Assembly: GCA_964016885.1 (NCBI GenBank)
Contig: OZ024740.1
Coordinates: 398,722,001 to 398,786,000 of the forward strand
Direction: 5' to 3'
Source of the DNA: Eledone cirrhosa
Taxonomy: Eukaryota
DNA: 64,000 bases
Shown here: one piece after another, positions 47,973-59,419 of the stretch
Position numbering within the stretch: the first letter of the stretch is position 1
Layout: each line of letters opens with the position of its first letter
Notes under the pieces: generated by a model
Seen by the model: only the letters and a program-made list of their open reading frames with translations
The model's database searches: none
Told to the model about the DNA's origin: nothing
Made by a program: the position numbers and the translations under genes

Positions 47973-48368
47973 AATAACAATAATAATAATGAAATTATTG
48001 TGTAAAGTGCTCAGGTGCACTACAACTCGTCAAAGGTGCATGTATAGTACATAGAATAATATACAAATGTATATATTCTAGCCTTTTGCAATCTAAGTTC
48101 AAATTCCACACTATGTCCAACCCACATTGGCCAGCATGGGCAAGTATGCCTAAAACTAGTATAGTTGCTAAGGCTTTGAAATCTGAATGAATAGAATTTG
48201 AATTTGGAACGTAGTGTGAAGAAACTAAATATTGATCTTGATGCTTCTCTGTCGTTAAAAACAGTATCAAAAATGCAACCATCTCCACAGTTGCTTTCCC
48301 TGCTAGAAATAGCAGTCAAATTTTCCTCAGATCATGCTTTATCATCTTAAAAAATGGAAAGACATTGG

Positions 48369-49765
48369 GTGTCAGAGAAACACTTTGGAACTTCTGGAGC
48401 TCTCACAGCCTCATCCAGCCCTCGCAGTTTGGATTTATCCCTAACTCCAGCTGCTGTGATCAGCTTATCAAGTTCCTTGAAGACATCACCCGGATCACTG
48501 ACAGTGGCTCATGGGTGGATGTTGTTTACCTTGACTTTGCTAAGGCTTTTAATTCTGTGCCACACAAAAGACTTATGGCAAAACTCTCTGCAATGGGTGT
48601 GAGGGATGATCTTTTCGACTGGTTGAAATCCTTCATTCTCAGCCGAAAAGAGGTAGTCACGGTTCTAGGACAGCATTCTTCACCATATGAGATGTCATCT
48701 GGTGTACCACAGGGATCTGTTCTTGGTCCCCTTTTGTTTGTGGCATATATTAATGACATAGATGCCAACTTACAGAATGCCACGGTACTGAAATATGCAG
48801 ATGACATCAAGCTGTACCTTGAAATCAAAAGGACTGATCCTGAAATCTACATCTCTTTCCTACAATCAGACCTGGACACAATGCAGCAATGGATCACAGA
48901 CTGGCAACTGAAGCTGGCGGTGGACAAGTGTACCGCCATGCATTTTGGGAGGAAAAATCCAGCGTCCACATACTCCCTCCACAACACTGATATCAAGAAG
49001 TCCTCTTGTGAACGTGACCTGGGCATTACTGTCAGCAGCGATTTGCATTGGACAAAGCATGTCTCTAAGATTGTCAAGAAGGCCGAGGGTGTCTTGGCCT
49101 CACTCAGCAAGACCTTTGTTAGCCACTCTCCAGCCATCTATTTAAAGCTGTATACAGCTATGGTACGACCACACTTGGAATTCGCATCATCAGTCTGGAA
49201 CCCCTATCTTGCTCAGAACATTGACCGCCTGGAAACTGTTCAGAGACGTGCAACCAAGCGCATACCCTCCATCAGACACCTACCATACTCTGAACGCCTT
49301 GCTTCCCTGGGCATGGATTCATTGAAGCTCCGACGTCTGGCAATGGACTTGGTAAACACCCACAAAGTTATTAACCATCTCGCCAACAACAACCCTGAGC
49401 ACCTTTTTGATCTCCATGTGTCTAACACACGTGGACATGCCTACAAAATCAGAAAACAGCACAGCTCCCATGACTTTCGGAAACATTTTTTCACGCTCAG
49501 AGTTGCTGAAGCATGGAACAAACTGCCTGCGTCAGTTGTTAGCTGCCGAGACACTGCATCCTTTAAAACACTCATGCTTCCCGAAATACGCCAAAACTAC
49601 ACCTGATGTACCCCTTCCATACACATGCACACGTGTATATCATGACTCATGCACTGTTCATTTTCCTGACGTTTGTACATTACCCTATGTACTATACATA
49701 CACTTTTTGATGAGTTGTAGTGCATCTGAGCACTGTACACAATATTTCATTATTATTATTATTAT
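48369..49765 (+). mobile_element. 5'-truncated CR1 LINE (RT ORF 48365-49606)
   Basis: Same family as 211-1997; YADD; (ATT)n tail. Confidence 0.95.
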
Positions 49766-50441
49766 AATGTAGTCATGGTCTTATAAAAAGATGGAATGGT
49801 CATTGCTGGAATATCTTTGATCATAAATCTTCTCGAAAGAGATCTGTAGGTTAGTGGTGAAAGAAGACTATACTCCAGTGGATTGAGAGTTAAATACTCT
49901 CATCCCTCTGTACAAGGGAAAGGCAATCCTCTAGACTATAGCTTAAATATAGCAATTAAGCTATTGGAACATGGAATGGAGGTATTGGAAAGAATGTTAG
50001 AGATGAGGATCAGAAAAAAAGTGAAGACTGCCGAACTGCAGTTTGGATTTGTGCTGATGGAATTTTTCTTGTAATGCAGTTACAGATGTACAGGGAGAAG
50101 AGGAGGAATTTGTTTTGGGGGTTTGATGATCTGGAGAAAGCTTTCAATAGGGTTCCATGTGAAGTAATGTCATGGGCATTGAGAGAGTTAGGAGTGGGGG
50201 AATGCAGATGATAAGGACAAATGCAGAAATTTGTCATGGGGCTCACAAGCCTAAACTCTGCTTTAGCAAGGAAGATTGCCTTAAAATGTTTGTTGTTGCA
50301 TCAGCCTTCTTGATCATGGTTAATCTGAAGTTAAATAATAATAACATGAAATAACACATATACAACACAACTGTAAATACAATAAGTACAATATTTTTCA
50401 CTTAATATCCTAATGTTTCATGTTTCTCTTATTTCTGCCAG

Positions 50442-50530
50442 TGGTCTGATGCCAAGTGTGGATTACGATGTTCTGACAGAGTGGTTTAACTGGGCTACCA
50501 ATAATCTTGACTTTCACGTCAATCAAATTA
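50442..50530 (+). CDS. TK2: TK2-like exon 7
   Basis: GLMPSVDYDVLTEWFNWATNNLDFHVNQI; CAG acceptor and GTGAGT donor. Confidence 0.95.
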
Positions 50531-50674
50531 GTGAGTTGTACTTTTTTTTCCCATTTAGTCAGAGAGGGAAGGGCAGCACCCATGGCCCATTATTTTTTCA
50601 GCCCTTCCAAAACTGGTGGGAGGAAGTTATTCTCAAACTGAAGACCTAACCCAAAAGCTTGCAACAATGTGAAC

Positions 50675-51144
50675 ACTCTGAGCGCCTTGCTTCCCTGGGC
50701 ATGGATACATTGAAGCTCCGACATCTGGCAACTGACTTGGTGAACAGCCACAACATTATTAACTATCTTGCCAACAACAACCCTGGGCACCTTTTTGATT
50801 TCCACGTGTCTAACACACGTGGGCATGCCCACAAAGTAAGAAAGCAGCACAGTTCCCATGACTTTCGGAAACATTTTTTCACGCTCAGAGTTGCTGAAGC
50901 ATGGAACAAACTACCTTCATCAGTTGTTAGCTGCCGAGACACTGCATCCTTTAAATCCTCCATGCTTCCCAAGATTCGCCAACACTACACCTAATGTTCC
51001 CTCTCCATACACATGTATATCATGACTCATACACTATTCACTTCCCTGACATTTGTATATTATTCTATGTACTATACATGCACCTTTGACGAGTTGTAGT
51101 GCACCTGAGCACTTTACACAATAATTTCATTATTATATTATTAT
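50675..51144 (+). mobile_element. CR1 LINE 3' fragment
   Basis: SERLASLGMDTLKLR...WNKLP and tail. Confidence 0.92.
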
Positions 51145-53260
51145 TCATTAAAGCTACCCAAAGAATAGAGTGTTGGGGTGTTAAACTAGATAACATATTA
51201 AGTCTTCCACTGAAAAGCTCTGGACACAGAAGGCCAGAGCATATACTGCAAAATTTCTTGTCTGACTAATTATTCTGCCAGTCTGGAACTTTCTTTTATT
51301 GATGCTGAAAAGATGAAAGGCAAAGTTGATTTAGATGACATTTGAATTTGGAGCACAGTGGGATGGAACAAATACTGCAAAGCATTGTGTCCTATGCTGT
51401 AACAACTTTACTTATTTTCTTTCTGACCAACTAGTATTGATATCTAAGTTTGGTACAAGACTACAAATTTCTGGCAAAAGGATCCATTGAATTGACCTTA
51501 ATACATTTTTGGTACTTGTATTTCTGACCATAGTAGAAAGAAAAGCAAAGTAAACCCTGGTAGAATTTTTGGGGGACTCAAAACTGAAAAAAAAGATGTA
51601 ATAAAATACAGCAAAATATTTAATGCAGCCTGCTACTGTTTTAAGCTCACCAGCCTCTTGACAAAACTAATAAGTGATCTTTTTGGCTGGGAAAAAGGTC
51701 ACTCGTTTTTATGGGTGGGGATGTATAGTTAATTGAATCAATTCCAGTATATAATGAATAGTTATTTTATTAACATTGGAGGGATGAAAAACAAAATCTA
51801 GTGAACTTTAGCCCAAGGTTTGTGCCCTCTTCTCAAATTTTTATACAACTTCTTTCAGCCATCATCAGTTGAAAAATTCAGTCGGAAAATTATACAAACA
51901 AGAAATCCATAGATTCATGATCATGTATATCCCAGAGTAAATCTGTTATCTGGAAAAATTAAAAATATTTCCTGGCAATCATGTAACCCTCTTGTTTCTC
52001 TTGCTCCATCCCACCTTTGTCCACCATATTCCTGTTCTAAGAGTGATCTCACCTCCTCTCTTTATTACAACGTTTTTGTGTTTTCAGTTGTATTAAGAAC
52101 TAGTCTAAATTGTTCAAAATTTGTGTGGCATCACCAAATTTTGGCACCCTAGTGCATTGCCTAGTGTAAGAATGTAGAGGCACATAATCAAATACAGAAA
52201 ATTATTCAGTCTGGTGCTTTAGTGTATCTACTATTTCATTACCTTTTGTTAAACGTTGAAATCAATTGTTGAAGAGAATTTTTTTTTAATTTCGTCCCTG
52301 TATTGAAAACATGGTTGAAAAGCCCATAGCAGTAAGGTTGGATTTAATATACTTCATCTGATGATGCAATAAATTTGAATTAACTAAATTACACTCAGTG
52401 AGGGAAAAGCCGTTGGCTTACAAATCAGGGAAGACAACTAAGAAATATTAAAATTACTTTGAAAAATGTATATGGATACACACTAAGGACCCCCGACTCA
52501 ATTTTTCACTGCATACCTACATTCTGCTTTCAATCAGTAGTATGGGAATATACATAGTAAATACAAATGTTTCATCAGCAACTAATACATACTAGTCAAG
52601 CCAACAAGAAAAACTATACATAATAACTTTACCTGCTAGAAATAGCAGCAAAATATCCTTCAAACACTCTTCCATCATAAAAGAAAGAAAGTTACATTGG
52701 ATAATGTAGTCCAGGGTGCACAATACTTTAAAAAAATAGACAGGCTGGGCATGGTTGAAATTCCTTTTATATTTGGTCTTCTCTTCAAAAACAACTTTAA
52801 ATGAAACCACAATGCATCCTGGTTGGGTGGAATAAGAAACTGTTCATAGAATTTCTTCCAAGTAATTCAAACTTTCTTTCTCTCTCTCACCACCATGATA
52901 GCCATCATACTGTCCAATGATATAGATAAAGTTTAATCTCCAGATCTTATTGAGTAGACCTATGATTGAAGGTGCTCCACTGTTACAATACCATCGTTAC
53001 ATATATTTAAGACTACATTGTCCAATATCTCCATCCTTTTTTCTTTAATATTTTAGTTTGTGATTTGAAGGAATTTGGCTATTATTCCTAGCAAATTGAG
53101 TGACTATTTAAATGTTTCCTTGTTGACTCATTAGTTCTCTACGTTAGACAAACCTTCTTGGGAGATATGAGGTGGTAGTTTTCAAAAAACATTTAGCATT
53201 GAATTTTAGTTTATTACACTGCTTGATATTTGATTTTGCTAAACATTCCTCTTATTCCAG

Positions 53261-53340
53261 TTTACCTTAAATGCAGTCCAGAAACAGCGCTTCGACGAAT
53301 TAAGAAGCGAAACAGAAAAGAGGAGCAAAATATAACTCTG
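53261..53340 (+). CDS. TK2: TK2-like exon 8 (LID region)
   Basis: (I)YLKCSPETALRRIKKRNRKEEQNITL (R...R.R.EE motif). Confidence 0.96.
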
Positions 53341-54154
53341 GTTTGTAAGATTTCAGTAATATTTGTTCATTCTTAATTGCTTGTGCTATTTCATTTTCTT
53401 ACCTTGTGTTTGGTAAAGGTATGAATATCACAACTTCCCAATTTCAGAAATCACTAGGACTGATCATTCATTGTGTGGGTACTTTTAATCAAAAATGGTC
53501 AAGCAAATGACTTTATTTTTCAACAATCCCAAAACTTATTACCTTATTAATAATGCATGAGTTTATTAACTGACAAAAAACAAATAAATATGATTCCTTG
53601 AAAATACAAGAGTAATATTTTTGATGAACTAATAATATAATTTATAAACATATAATTTTCTCTTTTTACCGTAACTTAAAACATTCTCTAGCCTTAAATC
53701 GCTCTGGTTAAGCAGGCCTATGATGGAAAGCATTCAAGCTGTTATCATTCCCATCTATGATAAGGTACATATATCTAGAGATACATTATCTTCAATACAT
53801 ATGTCTCTTTTCCTTCTTAAGATATTGTGATGGGATTTGAGTAAGATTTGGCTACTATTTCTAGCAGGCCAAGCCACCACTTCTGTAACTTCAACATAGG
53901 GCCGTTTTTACTCATGATGAAGAAAAGTAGTCCAGATGATGTTAAGCATTCCTAACAATGGAGGAAAACCAGGGAAAAAAGATAAATCTTTTGTAGTTAT
54001 ATAGAAAATCCATCTGAATAAGAATGTGAAATGTAAATTAATTGAAGAAACTGTTATTTATAAGGATACTTTCTTTGTAATAAATATCTAATATCTAAAT
54101 AATCGTACTTTTAACATCTGCATTTATCTCTTTTACTTACCTATTCATTTCCAG

Positions 54155-54232
54155 GAATATCTCCAATCTTTACATGACCTACAAGAAGAATGGCTCATAC
54201 ATGGTCGTTATAAAAAATCTGTAGAAGTCTTG
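54155..54232 (+). CDS. TK2: TK2-like exon 9
   Basis: EYLQSLHDLQEEWLIHGRYKKSVEVL. Confidence 0.95.
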
Positions 54233-54291
54233 GTATGTATAGTGTCCACATGTGTGTGAGTGTGTATTATATATATATATATATATATATA

Positions 54292-55290
54292 TCATCATCA
54301 TCATCATCATCATCAACGTTTAACGTCCGTGTTCCACGCTTGCATGGGTTTGGACGGGGGTATTCCCACTTGAGGCAAGAGTGATTGTCTTGCTCGCATA
54401 GGACTGTCTGGCAGGTTTTCTACAGTTGGATGACCTTCCTAACACCAACCACATTTACAGTGTGGGACTGGGAGGTTTTTACCGTGTTGCCTACACGGCC
54501 ACATTACAGCGTGGACTGTGTGTTTTTTTGTCGTGACACCTACACGATCTCATTTGTTTCGGCCTGGATGTTGTGGCACCAACATAACTTTACATAGGAG
54601 GGGGTGGTGGGACGGGGTTGTTAGAGATGCCTACTGGCTGTAGTAGGTTTTACTATGTATTTAGGTAAGGCGGGTCTTCTCTATTACTGAGTACCGCCAA
54701 AGGTCTCGGTCCAGTGACATTGTCTTGGAGAGGTGTAAGTGTGTGAGGTCGGAGTTTATCAGCTCGTCCCAGGATTTTCTAGGTCTGCCTATTCCGTGGC
54801 TACCGTCTATCTTTATTGCCCTGCACTTTGTTATACAGCTATCGACTTTCATGCGCATCACGTGTCCGTACCAACGTAGCCTTCTCTCGAGTAAACAACA
54901 TCTGATCCCTCTTATTTCTAATTTCTTCATTAGTTCGTTTATGCTTTGCCGTTCACGTATATTACTATTACACATCCAGCGGAGCATGCAAGCTTCGTTC
55001 CTCTCTAGTCTGCGTATATCCTCTGCGCGCAATGCCCAGGTCTCACTGCCATGCAACATTGCTGTTCGTATGCAGGCATCATACAACCTACCTTTCATTT
55101 TTAGGGAGAACCCTTTAGCGGCTAATAGTGGTATAAGCTCTCTGAACTTTTTCCATCCAGTTCTGACTCTAGCTACTGTACTTTCGGAGCACTCTCCCCC
55201 ACTGCTGATTTTGTCACCCAGGTAACGGAAGCTGTCCACTATTTCTATAGAGCCCTCTGCGCAATTGAAAGAGTTAGTATTTTGTGGGCA
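54292..55290 (-). mobile_element. RTE LINE 3' fragment
   Basis: ORF 54661-55239 (FRYLG, HGSETW, GRPRKSW); (GAT)n tail. Confidence 0.92.
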
Positions 55291-55304
55291 TATATATATA
55301 TAGA

Positions 55305-55800
55305 AAAACCTGGGACGACTTGATAAATTCCGACCTCACACACTTACACCTCTCCAAGACAATGTCACTGGACCGAGATCTTTGGCGCTACACAGTAATA
55401 GAGAAGACCCGCCTTACCTAAGTGCAAAGTGAAACCTACTACAGTCAGTAGGCACCTCTAACAAAATACACCCCCATCCCACTACCCTCACCCCATCCAC
55501 ACCACCCCTTTCAATGTAAAGTTATGTTGGTACCACAACATCCAGCCCGAAACAAATGAGGTCGTGTAGGTGTCACGACAAAAAAAACACACAGTCCACG
55601 CTGTAATGTGGCCGTGTAGGTAACACGGTAAAAACCTCCCAGTTCCACACTGTAAATGTGGTTGGTGTTAGGAAGGGGATCCAGCCGTAGAAAACCCGCC
55701 AGACAGTCCTATGCGAGCAAGACAACCACTCTTGCCTCAAGTGGGAAAACTCCCATCCAAACCCATGCGAGTGTGGAATATGGACGTTGAACGATGATGA
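55305..55800 (+). mobile_element. RTE LINE 3' end, inverted relative to 54292-54780
   Basis: Close reverse complement of the neighbouring copy. Confidence 0.9.
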
Positions 55801-56479
55801 TATATACTAGAATAAGTGATCTTAAAGTAGCATTTTGGCAGTCAGTTTCTTGGCTTGTCTGTTGAAATTAAAGAACTAAAGAGGCAGCCTATATACTGTC
55901 ACTCAATCTGCCAGAAATGATAACTAAATTCTCTGAAATATATATATTTCACAGAATTTATATATATATATACACATATACATTTATATATTTGGCATTA
56001 GGAAGGGCAGCTGGCTTTAAAATACTATCTTAAAACCTGTCTTATATCCCATGGCAGCATGGACAAGCTGACGTAAGAATTATAATGATTATAGTTGTAT
56101 ATAGAAAAAATGTATAGCATCATTAGAAGTCTCAAGTCAACAATCAAAACTAAAAGAAAGTTGTTTAATGAATAGGTTCTGCCAATGATGACTTATGGAA
56201 GTGAGACATGGGCACTCAGCACCACCACTACAGGGACTCTTGCAATGGCCCAACATAAAATGCTTGGCATCACCTTACATGACAGAAATAGCAACCATTG
56301 TTTTTAAAGTGCATAGGAGAAAAATAGACAAACAAGCTATTTTATTTTTATATATATGTATATATATCTGTGTGTGTGTACCAGGGATAACACCAGCAAT
56401 CAGGCTACTTGGGCTTAGCCCATGTAGTCCAACTGTCAAGTCTATATATTTCAAACTAAAATATAACTCAGAACGCTAC

Positions 56480-57560
56480 ATTCATTTTTGATGTGTAATA
56501 TTTGCTCAAAACTTGACACAGGCTGACAAATGCCCCAAAGAGGGTCCGAAAAGGAACAAACCATGACAATTGGAACCTGAAACATCACAGGTGAGAGTGG
56601 AGATACTCACAAGCCCCCAACTGTCAGAATGTGTTATGGACTAAATCTCACTAGGAGGAAGGATTTGCCTCTGGAAGCTTAGGCTGAAAGTTAAGTCTCT
56701 GTGGGTGGTGCAAGTTTATGCTCCAAACAAGGAGTCCGAATACATGCCTTTCCTTGATGAAGTCACAGCAGCATTAGATGTAGTTAAGACTGAGTCATAT
56801 ATCCTGATGGGAAACTTTAATGCACATGTTGGCACTGATGACCTGACATGGAAAGAATGGTGACCCTGATCTAAATACAAGAGAGGCCTTACTAGACTCT
56901 GTTCTAGCAATGGACTCTCTATTATGAACTCCTTCTTCCAACACAGAGACATATCAATAATTTATTTTGTTATTGTCTCTGATTTCTTTGATTCTGTGCT
57001 GGATGTTTATGTTAACAGAGGGGCTAGGCTGTCAACTAATCACCATCTAGTTATCTGCAACTTGAGACCTAAAGCTAAAGAAGCCCACAAAACTGGCAGG
57101 TTCATGGCGATCTACAGGATAATGTAGGAAGCTTTGGTGAATAAGGAAGTCAGGACCAGGTATGCAGATAGTATTGCATCCAAATTCAGAGAACTCCATG
57201 AGCAAACTGAGGATGTTGAAACAAAGTGGAGATTGTTCAGCACAGCAGTTTCTGCTTCAGCTTTTAAATACTGTCGGAAAAAGAGACTTGGTGTGGCGTT
57301 GGATGGCAATAAGAGCCCTTGGTTCAGTCAATAGGTCAAAGGCACCATGCTAACAAAGTTTGACTTGGAAAATAAGTTCCCTTATTGCACTTGTGGTACA
57401 AACAGGCACGAAGAATATCAGCAGAGACAGTAAAGGTGTCCAAAGTTAAGACATAGGAGGACTTTGGGGTTAAGCTGGAATCCGATTGCAGATCAGTAAA
57501 GTGTTCTGGCAGATCATACGCTGATTTCGTAATAAGAAACCTTGCTCTACAGTTGCCATC
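56480..57560 (+). mobile_element. Degenerate RTE AP-endonuclease region
   Basis: VQVYAPN, ILMGNFNAHVG, MNSFFQHR, STNHHLV remnants. Confidence 0.75.
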
Positions 57561-57576
57561 AAGATGATTGGCAACT

Positions 57577-57876
57577 GGAGGCACATGGCTTATTGGTTAG
57601 AGCATTGGCCTTGCAATCGAAAGGTTGTGAGTTCAATTCCGGGTGATGTGTTGTTTCCTTGAGCAAGACACTTTATTTCACATTGCTCCAGTTTACTCAG
57701 CTGTAGGAATGAGATGATAGGGACTGGGGTCCATATTATTCCACGGCAAAAAAGCATCCAGCACTCACTGTAAATGAGGTTGGTGTTAGGAAGGGCATCC
57801 AACTGTAGAAATCAAGCCAGAATCAGTTCCCGTCCCACCCTTGCAAGCAGGGGAAAAGCGGACATAAAATCAAATG
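57577..57876 (+). mobile_element. SINE family A
   Basis: Matches 4684-5005. Confidence 0.9.
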
Positions 57877-58554
57877 ATATATATGAACATCCAGCCCACA
57901 CTAAAGTGGTCGTGTGAGTGTCATGACAAAAAGCACCCAGTCCACACTGTAAAGTGGTTTTGTAGGAGACACAGTAAAAAGCACCCAATACGCACTGTAA
58001 GTGTGGTTGGCGCTAGGAAGGTTATCGAGCCATAGAAAACCAGCCAGAGACATGGTCACTCGACCCAACTTGTCTAACCCATGCTAGTGTGGAAGATGGA
58101 CCTTAAACGACGACGATGATGATGATGATATATATAATCCTCATCATCTAATGTCCACTTTCCCTGTTAACAAAGGTTGGGTAGGTCTTCATAAACTGAG
58201 TCAGTATTGGAGAAGGGCTACTGGCCTCCCAGAGAGGCTGGAGGTTTGCATCTGACTTACATACAATCCCATGTTCTACCAAGTGAATTTTATCATGGCA
58301 CCAGAACTAGTGAAGTTGTTATGTCTTTGACACAACTGGAGAGTTCTTCCAACCTTTTTGGGGGCAAGCTTTCTACAGCCCTTCATATCACCAACCACTT
58401 TACAGTGTGTACTGGGTGTATTTATCATGTAAATCACCAACACTAGGGAGTTTATGTCCTTGACACAACTGAAGGGTCTTCCAACTCTTAAACCTAACCT
58501 TTTTCGTTTTCGGTTTTCTATTAACATTTATTGTTTATTTTCCATTCTTTGTAG

Positions 58555-58632
58555 GTTTTAGATGCTGAGCAAGACCTAAACACCATGCTGGAAACGTTTG
58601 AAAACTCTCGAAATAAGATTTTATGTCAGTAA
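58555..58632 (+). CDS. TK2: TK2-like exon 10 (terminal)
   Basis: TTTGTAG acceptor; VLDAEQDLNTMLETFENSRNKILCQ*; the ten exons total 747 nt in frame (248 aa). Confidence 0.9.
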   Translation, partial: VLDAEQDLNTMLETFENSRNKILCQ

Positions 58633-58985
58633 ATGAAAGTCTTTTATAAGTTCATCACTCTATCTCCATGCCAGACTTACTAGGAGTTTATATCACAATC
58701 CTACACAGAATTTGAGCTCAATGTTCTAAAGTACTGCTTTGCACATACATGTATTCAACATACTTGTCAAGAATTTCATTGAGTGTGATGAAACTTAGGG
58801 CTTCTATATTTGTATCTGTATGCATTCATGTATTTATTTATTTGTATGTGGCATTTGATCACAGACTTGATTCAGTAATATAATTTCTGAAGATGGTGGA
58901 GTCTTAAATTTTACATTATGTGCACATCTTTCTACACATATGTACTTTCACACAATCACAAGACATATCCTACACTCATATCTTA

Positions 58986-59141
58986 TAATAATAATAATGA
59001 AATTATTGTGTAAAGTGCTCAGGTGCACTACAACTCGTCAAAGGTGCATGTATAGTACATAGAATAATAAACAAATGTCAGGGAAGTGAACAGTGTATGA
59101 GTCATGATATACATGTGTGCGTGTGTGGAGGGGGAACATTA
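58986..59141 (-). mobile_element. CR1 3'-tail fragment, antisense, downstream of the TK2 stop
   Basis: Reverse complement of the 50993-51140 tail. Confidence 0.85.
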
Positions 59142-59419
59142 TCTTGTATGTGCTATCGCATACAAACACATACACCTTAAAAAAGTATAAACACACACAC
59201 ACATATATATATGTATTTAAATTATGTGAGTAGTCAGAGTTATAAAATAGCTGTGTGCATGTGAATTTTTAATGTCAAGTTTACTAGTAACTTTATTCAT
59301 GTTTAATCCATAAACAATCTAATTAAATACATTATTTATATACTTCTTAAATGTTTGTTTTGTTTGTCTTTAGCAAAAATGGTTCATTGTAATGCAAAGA
59401 CTTTTTAAGTAAGGAACTC

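Noticed and set aside
52358-52420. TGATGA box C-like motif in a TK2 intron
   Set aside because: No convincing box D, terminal stem or rRNA antisense element seen
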